Source of the DNA: Syntrophothermus sp. DTU052
GTDB taxonomy: Bacteria > Bacillota > Syntrophomonadia > Syntrophomonadales > DTU052
Assembly: GCA_001512495.1 (NCBI GenBank)
Contig: LFRU01000057.1
Coordinates: 32,917-96,916 of the forward strand
Direction of reading: 5' to 3'
Length of the DNA stretch: 64,000 bases
Shown: in pieces, positions 16,090 through 25,256 of the stretch
How positions within the stretch are numbered: position 1 is the first letter of the stretch
Layout: each line of letters begins with the position of its first letter
Notes under the pieces: model-generated
What the model saw: the letters and a program-made list of their open reading frames with translations, nothing else
What the model was told of the DNA's origin: nothing
The model's database searches: none
Made by a program: the position numbers and the translations under genes

Positions 16090-17574
16090 TTGGGGAATGA
16101 GTACATAATGGCGATTGACCAGGGAACCACCGGGACTACGGTATTGATTTTTGATCACGAAGGGAGGATTGTATCCCGCGGGTATAACGAATTCTCCCAG
16201 ATTTATCCACAGCCTGCGTGGGTGGAACATGATCCCCAGGAGATCTGGGCGGTTACCCTGGGGACTGCCAAACAGGCCCTACTGATGAACAACCTGCACA
16301 GCAATCAGATTAAGGCCATTGGGATCACCAACCAGAGGGAGACCACGGTGGTCTGGGATAAAAATACCGGTCAGCCGGTTTACAATGCAATCGTCTGGCA
16401 ATGCCGCCGTACTGCTTCCATCTGCGATGAACTGCGAAAACGGGGACTTGAACCCTACATCCAAGCCACCACCGGCCTGCTGGTTGATGCCTATTTCTCA
16501 GGAACCAAACTCCTCTGGATACTGGATAATGTACCCGGGGCCCGGGAGCGGGCGGAGAGAGGTGAACTGCTATTCGGGACCATCGACGCGTGGCTGTTAT
16601 GGAAGCTGACCGGAGGACAGGTGCATGCCACCGACTATTCAAATGCTTCACGGACCATGCTCTTTGACATCCACAACTTCTGTTGGGACCAAAGGCTTTT
16701 GGAAGAACTTGATATCCCGAAAGAGATGCTGCCGGAGGTCAGAGGTTCCAGCGAGATTTATGGCTATTCGGTCCCGGAAATCCTGGGCTCTGCCGTACCC
16801 ATCGCCGGAATGGCCGGCGACCAGCAGGCGGCATTATTTGGACAGACCTGTTTTCAACCGGGAACGGCCAAGAATACCTATGGCACCGGTTGTTTTCTTC
16901 TGATGAACACCGGTTCCCAGCCGATTACCTCAAAAAATGGGCTTATCACCACTATTGCCTGGGGGGTGAATAACAAGATTGATTATGCCCTGGAGGGGAG
17001 TATCTTTGTTGCCGGGGCTGCCATCCAATGGCTGCGTGATGAGATGCGATTGATCAGCACGGCGGCCGAGTCTGAATCTGTGGCCATGTCGGTACCCAAT
17101 AATGCCGGGGTTTATCTGGTTCCGGCCTTTGTTGGTCTGGGAGCGCCGTATTGGGATATGTATGCCCGCGGCACCTTGGTGGGTCTGACCCGGGGAACCC
17201 GACGCGAGCATGTGGTGCGAGCAGCCCTGGAAGCAATTGCCTATCAGACCGCTGATGTGCTGGAAGCGATGAGCGAAGATGCCGACATCAAACTGAATTC
17301 CTTAAAGGTGGATGGCGGGGCAGTGGTGAACAATTTCTTAATGCAGTTTCAAGCCGATATCCTTGACGTTGAGGTGGAGAGACCGGTGGTTCAGGAAACT
17401 ACCGGAATGGGGGCGGCATTCCTGGCCGGCCTGGCAGTAGGCTATTGGAAGAACATGGAGGAAATCGAGAGTATTCGGGCTGTTGATAAGAGGTTTGTTC
17501 CCTCCATGAATGCAGCCGAGAAGAAGGAGCTTCTTGACGGCTGGAAAAAGGCGGTGAGCCGCACCCTGAGGTAA
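16090..17574 (+). CDS. glpK: glycerol kinase
   Basis: [18 protein letters not shown]...[10 protein letters not shown]...[12 protein letters not shown]...[15 protein letters not shown]. The start is ambiguous (TTG 16090 or ATG 16108). The track start at 15967 adds an implausible N-terminal extension. Confidence 0.9.
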   Translation: MGNEYIMAIDQGTTGTTVLIFDHEGRIVSRGYNEFSQIYPQPAWVEHDPQEIWAVTLGTAKQALLMNNLHSNQIKAIGITNQRETTVVWDKNTGQPVYNAIVWQCRRTASICDELRKRGLEPYIQATTGLLVDAYFSGTKLLWILDNVPGARERAERGELLFGTIDAWLLWKLTGGQVHATDYSNASRTMLFDIHNFCWDQRLLEELDIPKEMLPEVRGSSEIYGYSVPEILGSAVPIAGMAGDQQAALFGQTCFQPGTAKNTYGTGCFLLMNTGSQPITSKNGLITTIAWGVNNKIDYALEGSIFVAGAAIQWLRDEMRLISTAAESESVAMSVPNNAGVYLVPAFVGLGAPYWDMYARGTLVGLTRGTRREHVVRAALEAIAYQTADVLEAMSEDADIKLNSLKVDGGAVVNNFLMQFQADILDVEVERPVVQETTGMGAAFLAGLAVGYWKNMEEIESIRAVDKRFVPSMNAAEKKELLDGWKKAVSRTLR

Positions 17575-17664
17575 TAAACTGCTCCATTTGGCTCAGAACT
17601 GTATTACTGTATAAACGGAAGGTTAACCCCAACGCGTTACTATACAGAAAAAGAGGGTGGCTCG

Positions 17665-19095
17665 GTGGTTTACGATGTTGTAATAATTGGCGGCGGCGTG
17701 ATTGGTGCTGCTATTGCCCGCGCCCTATCCCGCTTCCAGCTGTCAGTTATCTTAATTGAAAAAGAGTATGACCTGGCCATGGGTGCCAGCGGGGCCAACA
17801 GCGGTATTGTACATGCCGGTTTTGACCCGCTGCCGGACAGCAACAAAGCCTCTTTGTGTGTGCGGGGCAACCGGCTGATGGAGAGCCTGTGTGCAGAACT
17901 TCAGGTGCCTTTCAAGCGGACCGGTTCACTGGTAGTGGGGTATTCACCCGATGACCTCCGTGTTTTGGAGGTGTTGTTAGCCAGGGGAAGGCTTAACGGA
18001 TTATCGGGACTTGAAGTGCTAAACCAGACCCAGTTAATGGCAAAAGAGCCGAGCCTGTCGCCGCAAGCCAGGTATGCATTGTATGCTCCACAAGCCGGGA
18101 TTGTGTGCCCCTATACCCTGACGCTTGCCCTGGCTGAGAATGCGGTTCAGAACGGGGTGGAGGTTCAATGTGGGACCAGAGCCGACGGGATCCAGCGCGA
18201 GCAGGGAAGGGTATCCGGGGTTGTGACTTCCCGGGGTCTTATTCCCTGCCGTTATGTGGTTAACGCTGCCGGGGTTTGGTCTGATGAGGTAGCCAACTGG
18301 GCAGGTTCCGATTCCCATACCATCATGCCGTATCGTGGCGAGTACTGTTTACTGGACAAGAAAAAAGGTGGTTTGGTGCGCCAAGTTCTGTTTCCGATCC
18401 CGGGTGAAAAAACAAAGGGGATACTGGTCGCACCAACGGTCAGCGGAAACATCCTCCTGGGCCCCAACCGCAGATTGGTCCAAGACCGTGAGGATCGGGC
18501 TACTACTGATGAAGGTATGGACGAGGTGCTGACGGGTGCCAAAAAACTGGTACCGGGAATCGATGAAAAGGATGTTATTACTTCTTTTGCCGGTATCAGA
18601 GCCGTCTCGGACAGTGGTGAATTTGTTATTGGGACTGCCGACTTAAAGGGATTTATTAATGTAGGGGGAATTCAATCACCCGGGTTAACGGCAGCCCCGG
18701 CCATCGCGGAAATGGTGACGGATATCCTGGGGGAGGAGGGTTTAAGGCTTCGCGAAAAGCCCGGCTACATTCCCCGGCGGACGGGTATTTTCAGTTTTGC
18801 GGCGGCGGGCATGGAAGAGCGGCAGTCTCAAATTGCAGAGAACCGGAGTTTTGGCGAGGTAGTATGCCGCTGTGAAAACGTTACCACCGGGGAGATTATC
18901 GCAGCGATTAACGGCCCGGTTGGTGCCAGGACCCTGGATGCGGTAAAGCGGCGGACCCGTGGCGGTATGGGCCGTTGTCAGGGCGGTTTTTGCAGTTTCA
19001 GGATTGCTGACATTATCTCCTCCGAATTGGGAATACCGGTAGATAAGATCACCAAGAGCGGGCCGGGTTCGGAATTGGTGCGTTCGCGAACATAA
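17665..19095 (+). CDS. FAD-dependent glycerol-3-phosphate dehydrogenase-like oxidoreductase with a C-terminal BFD-like [2Fe-2S] domain
   Basis: YDVVIIGGGVIGAAIA is the FAD dinucleotide fold. The C-terminal CRCENVTTGEIIAAI...RRTRGGMGRCQGGFC is the BFD-type domain. It lies adjacent to glpK. Confidence 0.75.
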   Translation: MVYDVVIIGGGVIGAAIARALSRFQLSVILIEKEYDLAMGASGANSGIVHAGFDPLPDSNKASLCVRGNRLMESLCAELQVPFKRTGSLVVGYSPDDLRVLEVLLARGRLNGLSGLEVLNQTQLMAKEPSLSPQARYALYAPQAGIVCPYTLTLALAENAVQNGVEVQCGTRADGIQREQGRVSGVVTSRGLIPCRYVVNAAGVWSDEVANWAGSDSHTIMPYRGEYCLLDKKKGGLVRQVLFPIPGEKTKGILVAPTVSGNILLGPNRRLVQDREDRATTDEGMDEVLTGAKKLVPGIDEKDVITSFAGIRAVSDSGEFVIGTADLKGFINVGGIQSPGLTAAPAIAEMVTDILGEEGLRLREKPGYIPRRTGIFSFAAAGMEERQSQIAENRSFGEVVCRCENVTTGEIIAAINGPVGARTLDAVKRRTRGGMGRCQGGFCSFRIADIISSELGIPVDKITKSGPGSELVRSRT

Positions 19096-19232
19096 CATTT
19101 ACTACCAGGCAAAACAAGCTTTCATAAAATTGGCTTTTGGGTTAAAATCATAGGTGTCGTCAGTGGCCCTGATCCTAAACGCCAATTCAACTTCTGCCCG
19201 GGAGTTTGAGGGGTATAGAAAGGAAATACGCT

Positions 19233-19976
19233 ATGAAAATGCCTTTAGTCCATGAACTGAACGAACTAACTGAAACCGATCTCCTGCTGAGAGAATGTCT
19301 GCGTCCGTGGGAGGAATACCTGTACGGATACAGGAATGAACTTAAAAAGGTAATACACTGGACAGCCCTGCCGGCGATTACGGTTGCAGTGAACCGGCGT
19401 TTTGAAAGTCACGAGAGTTGGGGTTCACACATGGCGGCCATTTTTTCCCTTATATATCTGGCGGACCATATACACTGCAGTGTAAAAGATGACGAAGATT
19501 ATAGTCCTCAAGGGGTTCAATACCCCATCCTTTTGGGGGATTATTTTTTTAGCAAAGCGGTAGGCTTGCTGGAGCGTGTTAATGGTCATAACCTGCTTCA
19601 GCATTTTGCGGAGTTGATGTGTACGGTTAATGAGGGTCATGTTATGAGGAGGCTGGCTGAGGATAAAACCGATTTGGTGATTCTGGGGCACGAAAAAGCC
19701 AGCTACTACAAGTATTCCTTCCTGACCGCAGCAGTTGCCGGTGGGTGTGGAGCTCTGGAGTGCAGGTTTTACGAGGAAACCGGATTTAATCTCGGCATGG
19801 CTATAACCCTCTACGATGAAGGGCTTGATAAGATAGCCCTCGGTTATTTGGAAAGAACCCGGGCTCTTATGTCATCCTGGGCACGGCCACGAAATGACAG
19901 GATATGTATTATCCGCAGCCTATCCGAGGAACTGATCCAGAGCATGAAGCCTACCCGGGAGGTAATGGCCATCTAA
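19233..19976 (+). CDS. polyprenyl-synthase-like protein lacking canonical DDxxD motifs (possible non-catalytic HepS-like subunit)
   Basis: AAIFSLIYLADHIHCSVKDDEDYSPQGVQYPILLGDYFFSKAVGLL aligns by eye with the FARM region (ELIHxASLxHDDxxD...GDxLxxxA) but is degenerate. ATG 19233 follows GAAAGGA. Confidence 0.45.
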   Translation: MKMPLVHELNELTETDLLLRECLRPWEEYLYGYRNELKKVIHWTALPAITVAVNRRFESHESWGSHMAAIFSLIYLADHIHCSVKDDEDYSPQGVQYPILLGDYFFSKAVGLLERVNGHNLLQHFAELMCTVNEGHVMRRLAEDKTDLVILGHEKASYYKYSFLTAAVAGGCGALECRFYEETGFNLGMAITLYDEGLDKIALGYLERTRALMSSWARPRNDRICIIRSLSEELIQSMKPTREVMAI

Positions 19977-20051
19977 AGGCAGTCCTGATCAAATCGTAAT
20001 GCGCCGTTGCGGTTGACATGGCGGGCGAATATGTTAATCGGAGGGACGTGA

Positions 20052-21500
20052 GTGGCATACAGAGACTTGCAAGGATTTGTCAACCTCTTGGAAGAACGCG
20101 GTGAGCTAAAACGGATTTCGGTAGAGGTTGATCCGGAACTGGAGATAACTGAGATAACGGATCGTATTAGCAAGGCCTACGGCCCTGCTTTACTTTTTGA
20201 GAAGGTTAAAGGGTCCCGGATACCGCTCCTTATCAACGCCATGGGCACTCATGAGCGCATGGCACTGGCTCTGGAGGTCGAATCTCTGGACGATATTGCC
20301 CGGGAGATTACCGAGCTTTTTCAGCTGGCTGATGTACCCTCTTCTTTGCTGGAGAAGATGAGGGTGCTGCCGCGATTGGCGCAGCTGGCTTCCTATGCTC
20401 CTCGGCAGGTAAAGAGCGGTATATGCCAGGAAGTGGTCATTAAGGAGAATCCTTCGCTGGACATTCTTCCTATTATGAAGTGCTGGCCGGAGGATGGCGG
20501 CAAGTATATTACCCTGCCGCTGGTAATCACCAAAGATCCTGATACCGGCAAACGCAATATGGGGATGTACCGTCTCCAGGTTTTTGACCATCAGACTACG
20601 GGTATGCACTGGCATATGCATCATGACGGTGCCAAAAACTATCAGAAGCATTCCGCAAAAGGGATGCCTACCCCGGTGGCCGTGGCTCTGGGTTGTGACC
20701 CGGCGGTGATTTACAGTGCTACCGCGCCGCTGCCGAAGGATATTGATGAATTAATTCTAGCCGGGTTCCTGCGCAAACAACCGGTGGAACTGGTCAAATG
20801 CAAGACTGTTGACCTGGAGGTTCCTGCCAATGCCGAGATCGTCTTGGAGGGATATGTAAATCCGGGCGAGATGCGGCTGGAAGGACCGTTTGGAGATCAT
20901 ACCGGTTACTATTCCCTTACCGACGAGTACCCGGTTTTCCGCCTGACCTGCATAACCCACCGTAAAAACCCGATTTATCCCGCAACCATAGTGGGCAAGC
21001 CGCCCATGGAGGATTGCTATATGGCCAAGGTTACAGAGAGGATATTCCTGCCGGTACTGAAGTTCCTGCTGCCGGAAGTGGTAGACATCAACCTCCCGAT
21101 GGAAGGGGTATTCCACAACTGTGTCCTGGTTTCGATCAAAAAGGGTTTTCCCGGCCATGCCCAGAAGGTAATGAACGCCCTGTGGGGTATCGGGCAGATG
21201 ATGTTTGCCAAGTTTATTGTCGTGGTGGATGAACAGGTGGATGTCCAGAATGTGTCTGAAGTTATGTGGAAGGTGTTTAATAATGTGGATCCAAAGCGGG
21301 ATCTGTTGATTGTCGATGGTCCCCTGGATGTCCTGGATCACTCGGCTCCGCGGCCGCTTTTTGGAGCCAAAATGGGAATAGATGCTACAAAAAAATGGCC
21401 GGCGGAAGGACACTCTCGTGAATGGCCCAATGACATAGTGATGGACCAGGGAATAAGGGAGATGGTTACAAAGAAGTGGAAAGAATATGGATTGGACTAG
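20052..21500 (+). CDS. UbiD-family (prFMN-dependent) decarboxylase, menaquinone-type (MqnL-like)
   Basis: YRDLQGFVNLLEERGELKRISVEVDPELEITEITDR...NMGMYRLQV...HWHMHHDGA are UbiD-family signatures. Confidence 0.85.
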   Translation: MAYRDLQGFVNLLEERGELKRISVEVDPELEITEITDRISKAYGPALLFEKVKGSRIPLLINAMGTHERMALALEVESLDDIAREITELFQLADVPSSLLEKMRVLPRLAQLASYAPRQVKSGICQEVVIKENPSLDILPIMKCWPEDGGKYITLPLVITKDPDTGKRNMGMYRLQVFDHQTTGMHWHMHHDGAKNYQKHSAKGMPTPVAVALGCDPAVIYSATAPLPKDIDELILAGFLRKQPVELVKCKTVDLEVPANAEIVLEGYVNPGEMRLEGPFGDHTGYYSLTDEYPVFRLTCITHRKNPIYPATIVGKPPMEDCYMAKVTERIFLPVLKFLLPEVVDINLPMEGVFHNCVLVSIKKGFPGHAQKVMNALWGIGQMMFAKFIVVVDEQVDVQNVSEVMWKVFNNVDPKRDLLIVDGPLDVLDHSAPRPLFGAKMGIDATKKWPAEGHSREWPNDIVMDQGIREMVTKKWKEYGLD

Positions 21501-22344
21501 AATTACCAGGTTTTTAAGCCTTATCGACTTCCAACATACGATTTTTGGGCTTCCATTCGCATATTTGGGAGCCTTTTTAGCCTTACCCGGTTTTCCGGGC
21601 TGGTTCAAGATATTCTGGATCACGGTGGCTATGGTCGGTGCTCGAACCGCGGCCTTATGCATGAACCGAGCCATTGATATTCACATTGACCGTAAAAACC
21701 CCCGCACCGCCCACTGGCCATTGCCGAGCGGGGAATTCTCACTCCGTCTGACGTGGGGAGTTGCTATAGTGTCGCTGGCCTTATTGGTGGTAGCCGCCTG
21801 GCAGTTGAACCCGCTCTGTCTCAAACTGGCCCCCCTGGCTATCCTGGCCCTGTGGGGTTATTCATATACCAAGCGGTTTACCTGGTGGTGCCACCTGTGC
21901 CTGGGTCTGGCCATTGGTATCGGCCCGACCGCCGGTTGGATTGCTGTCACCGGTGAGTTCACCTGGCAGCCGGTTCTTCTCACACTGGCCGTTGCCTTCT
22001 GGATAGCCGGTTTCGATACCATGTATGCCTGTCAGGACATTGAATTCGATTGCCGGGAAGGACTGTACTCCATCCCGGGTCGTTTCGGGGCCCGCGGAGC
22101 TCTTATCTTTGCCCGGGGCTTTCATTTCCTGACCCTGGCTTGTTTTGTGGGAACAGGCCTGATCCTGGGCCTGGGGTGGCTGTATTATCTGGGAGTTGCC
22201 TTTGCCGGTACAATCCTGATATATGAGCATTCGCTGGTTTCGGCCGAAAACCTGGATCTGGTAAACTTTGCTGCCTTTAAGGTCAACCGTTATGTCAGCT
22301 CTACCGTGTTTGTAATGACCTTGCTTGATATCTTCCTTTTCTGA
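21487..22344 (+). CDS. UbiA-family aromatic polyprenyltransferase (4-hydroxybenzoate polyprenyltransferase-like / MqnP-like)
   Basis: The 285-aa polytopic protein has LIDFQHTIFGLPFAYLGAFLA and NRAIDIHIDRKNPRTAHWPLPSG (NxxxDxxxD). It overlaps the ubiD-like stop by 14 nt. Confidence 0.8.
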   Translation: MDWTRITRFLSLIDFQHTIFGLPFAYLGAFLALPGFPGWFKIFWITVAMVGARTAALCMNRAIDIHIDRKNPRTAHWPLPSGEFSLRLTWGVAIVSLALLVVAAWQLNPLCLKLAPLAILALWGYSYTKRFTWWCHLCLGLAIGIGPTAGWIAVTGEFTWQPVLLTLAVAFWIAGFDTMYACQDIEFDCREGLYSIPGRFGARGALIFARGFHFLTLACFVGTGLILGLGWLYYLGVAFAGTILIYEHSLVSAENLDLVNFAAFKVNRYVSSTVFVMTLLDIFLF

Positions 22345-22487
22345 TGGAGGTTTGTGGTTGGAAACCCGGCTCTCCATAAGGTAGAATACGATTGCGCGAT
22401 ATCGGAAGAGAGCCAAACACTTCAAGAAAAACCTGTTACCGAACTCTGGTTGAGGAAGTGTTAAATCGAGGGACAGGGGGAAGCAGC

Positions 22488-23075
22488 ATGGCCAAGATCG
22501 TTGTTGCTATAACCGGCGCCAGTGGGGTTGTATATGGAACCGAGCTGGTTAACTGGCTCCTGATTAATGGTCACCAGGTGTATTTGGTGCTGAGTGACCC
22601 GGCCCGATTGGTACTGAAGCAGGAACTGGATTGGGAAACCAAGGACTGTCAGGAGGCTGCAAGATATTTTGCGCCCGGAAGTATAACCTGCTTTGACAAT
22701 TCAGACATTGGAGCACCTATTGCCAGCGGTTCCTTTGTTCACGATGGGATGGTGGTGGTTCCCTGCAGCATGTCCACCCTGGCAGGAATCGCCCACGGTA
22801 CCTCCAACAACCTGATTGAAAGGGCGGCTGATGTTTGTCTGAAAGAGGGAAGGACTTTGGTATTGGTCCCGCGTGAAACCCCACTTAACCTGATTCATCT
22901 GCGGAACATGTTGGCGGCTGTTGAAGCCGGAGCCAGGATGGTCCCGGCCATGCCTGCTTTTTATGCCGATTCCAGCCGGGTAAGTGATCTTGTGAATTTC
23001 ATGGTGGGGAAAATACTGGACAGCCTCGGAATCGACAACGATTCTTACCGCCGGTACAACCGGGGCCCGGAATAA
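22488..23075 (+). CDS. ubiX: flavin prenyltransferase UbiX
   Basis: MAKIVVAITGASGVVYG...VVVPCSMSTLAGIAHGTSNNLIERAADVCLKEGRTLVLVPRETPL. The start was moved to ATG 22488. Confidence 0.9.
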   Translation: MAKIVVAITGASGVVYGTELVNWLLINGHQVYLVLSDPARLVLKQELDWETKDCQEAARYFAPGSITCFDNSDIGAPIASGSFVHDGMVVVPCSMSTLAGIAHGTSNNLIERAADVCLKEGRTLVLVPRETPLNLIHLRNMLAAVEAGARMVPAMPAFYADSSRVSDLVNFMVGKILDSLGIDNDSYRRYNRGPE

Positions 23076-23259
23076 TGGCTCATCTCCGGTGAATACGATT
23101 TGCCGGGGTTGGCGCCTCATAATGCACAACGGCAGCGCCTACCATTACCTGGGGAAAAGTTCCTGAAGGCAAAATCTTGGACCATGCAAACAGTTTCATT
23201 GTGAGGCGGGGGCCAAATCTATATAATAAAATCTGTATACTGAACACGAGGTTAATTTG

Positions 23260-24228
23260 ATGCATTCACAGGAATTCTTTACACCTATAAAGCGTGAATT
23301 GCAGAAAATGGAAGAAGAGCTGGTCAGGACCGTTGATACGCGACAGCCTCTCTTAAAACAGGCTTCGAGCCACCTGATACACGCCGGTGGCAAAAGGTTA
23401 AGACCGGCCTTTGTTCTCCTGACGGGGTCTTGTTTTACCTCCAAAATAGATCATCTCATACCGATGGCGGTGGCTATGGAATTGGTTCACATGGCAACGC
23501 TGGTTCACGATGATGTAATTGACAACTCCTTGTCCCGAAGGGGGCGGGATACGGTTAAGGCCCGCTTTGGCAACCGGATGTCCATTTATTCGGGGGATTA
23601 CATGCTGGCCAAAGCCCTGCACAAGGTGAGCGAGTACTGCCGGGCAGACTTGATGAAGATAATAACCGAAACCAGTGTCAAAGTCTGCCAGGGGGAAATT
23701 GTACAGCTTCAGAGTGTCTTTGATGTGGAACAGGGGATTACTGATTACCTTCGTCGTATTGAGCGAAAAACAGCCTTATTAATATCCGTCGCCTGTCAGG
23801 TAGGAGCCTTGCTGACTGACGCTTCGCCTCCGATGGTTAGGGCCATGCGCCGTTTTGGGTATTATCTGGGCATGTCTTTTCAAATCACTGATGATATCCT
23901 GGATTATACTGCTGATGACAGTGTTCTGGGAAAACCTACGGGAAGCGATATCAAGCAGGGAATTATAACCCTCCCTGCATTATATGCTCTGAGAAACAGT
24001 CCCGAAGCTCCCGAACTGCGCGCTATCTTGAGCTCGCCGGATAATGCGGCCAGGCATGCGGAGCGGGCTATAAGCATTGTGAAAAGCAGCGGTGGAATCG
24101 AGTACTCCCAAAATATGGCTGAAAGATATATTGACAAAGCTCAGTTGATGCTGGAGCAAATACCTTCAAGCCAGGCCAGGACTGCCCTAAGCAGGATCGC
24201 TGATTTTATCTGCATAAGAGACTACTGA
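23260..24228 (+). CDS. long-chain polyprenyl diphosphate synthase (catalytic subunit)
   Basis: GGKRLRPAFVLL...MELVHMATLVHDDVIDNSLSRRG (FARM) and FQITDDILDY (SARM). Confidence 0.85.
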   Translation: MHSQEFFTPIKRELQKMEEELVRTVDTRQPLLKQASSHLIHAGGKRLRPAFVLLTGSCFTSKIDHLIPMAVAMELVHMATLVHDDVIDNSLSRRGRDTVKARFGNRMSIYSGDYMLAKALHKVSEYCRADLMKIITETSVKVCQGEIVQLQSVFDVEQGITDYLRRIERKTALLISVACQVGALLTDASPPMVRAMRRFGYYLGMSFQITDDILDYTADDSVLGKPTGSDIKQGIITLPALYALRNSPEAPELRAILSSPDNAARHAERAISIVKSSGGIEYSQNMAERYIDKAQLMLEQIPSSQARTALSRIADFICIRDY

Positions 24229-24292
24229 CACCTGGGGAATTCTTCATAATAAGGTCATGGTTGATTGTGACAGCTGGGAGGAATAGGAGTTA

Positions 24293-25057
24293 ATGTTCAA
24301 TTTTCGGAACATGACGGTTGAAGAAAAACAGACCATCCTTGAACATCTTGAAGACCTCAGAAAATCATTGCTGATATCGGTAGTAGCCATAATAATTGCT
24401 GCTGTGGCAGCATTTTACTACAGCGACTATCTGTTGGCCATTATACAACGCCCTTTGAAGCCGATGGACCTGGATCTGGTTTTTATCGGTATTCTTGAAG
24501 GATTCTACATTAAATTAAAACTGGCGTTATTTGGGGGGGTAGTGCTGGCCTTTCCCGTGATAGCATGGCAGATGTACAGGTTTATGGCTCCAGCCCTCTA
24601 CCCACAGGAACGCAGGTATGTTCTGATCCTGTTTCCGGTGATGATCCTTCTCTTCGCCGGCGGGGTATTGTTTGCTTACTTTGGGGTATTAAAACTGGTG
24701 ATCAGCTTTCTGATTATGATAGCCGGTGACCTTGAACCGATGTTGACCGTGGACAAATACGTTTCCTTCGTCATCGCCTTTACCCTTCCCTTTGGTCTTA
24801 TATTTGAACTGCCGGTTGTAGTCTACTTCCTGACCCGCCTCGGTGTCATCACCCCGGAATGGCTGTCCCAAAAAAGAAAGTACGCCCTTCTCGGAATATT
24901 TATTGTTGCCGCAGTTGTAACCCCCGGTCATGATCCCATATCACAGTGCCTGATGGGAATACCAGTCTACCTGCTGTATGAAATTAGCATACTGGTAAGC
25001 AGAATTTTCCGCCCCAAGCAGAATAGTGAGCCGGGGTTGGAAGATTCGAACCCGTAA
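24293..25057 (+). CDS. tatC: twin-arginine translocase subunit TatC
   Basis: The 254-aa six-TM protein has EHLEDLRKSLLISVVAI...GFYIKLKLALFGG...ALYPQERR...FELPVVVYFL. Confidence 0.9.
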   Translation: MFNFRNMTVEEKQTILEHLEDLRKSLLISVVAIIIAAVAAFYYSDYLLAIIQRPLKPMDLDLVFIGILEGFYIKLKLALFGGVVLAFPVIAWQMYRFMAPALYPQERRYVLILFPVMILLFAGGVLFAYFGVLKLVISFLIMIAGDLEPMLTVDKYVSFVIAFTLPFGLIFELPVVVYFLTRLGVITPEWLSQKRKYALLGIFIVAAVVTPGHDPISQCLMGIPVYLLYEISILVSRIFRPKQNSEPGLEDSNP

Positions 25058-25256
25058 TTACGGGCAGTTGATGTAATCCATTAAATCAATAATGGTTTAT
25101 GAAAATAATAACTTGTGTTTATATTGAGGCTGTGTTTTATTATCAATAGAGGATACTTGAGTTTTTCCTCGAATTATAACTAAGGTATACCTATTTCAAA
25201 CCCTGAACCCCAATAAACGAAATTTAATTAAATATTGAGGAAAGGAGACGTTCGGT

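Noticed and set aside
25058-25256. A Moco/Tuco riboswitch upstream of the molybdopterin FDH operon.
   Set aside because: The region is AT-rich. It has no GC-rich multi-stem architecture and none of the conserved Moco-motif elements that I could recognise.
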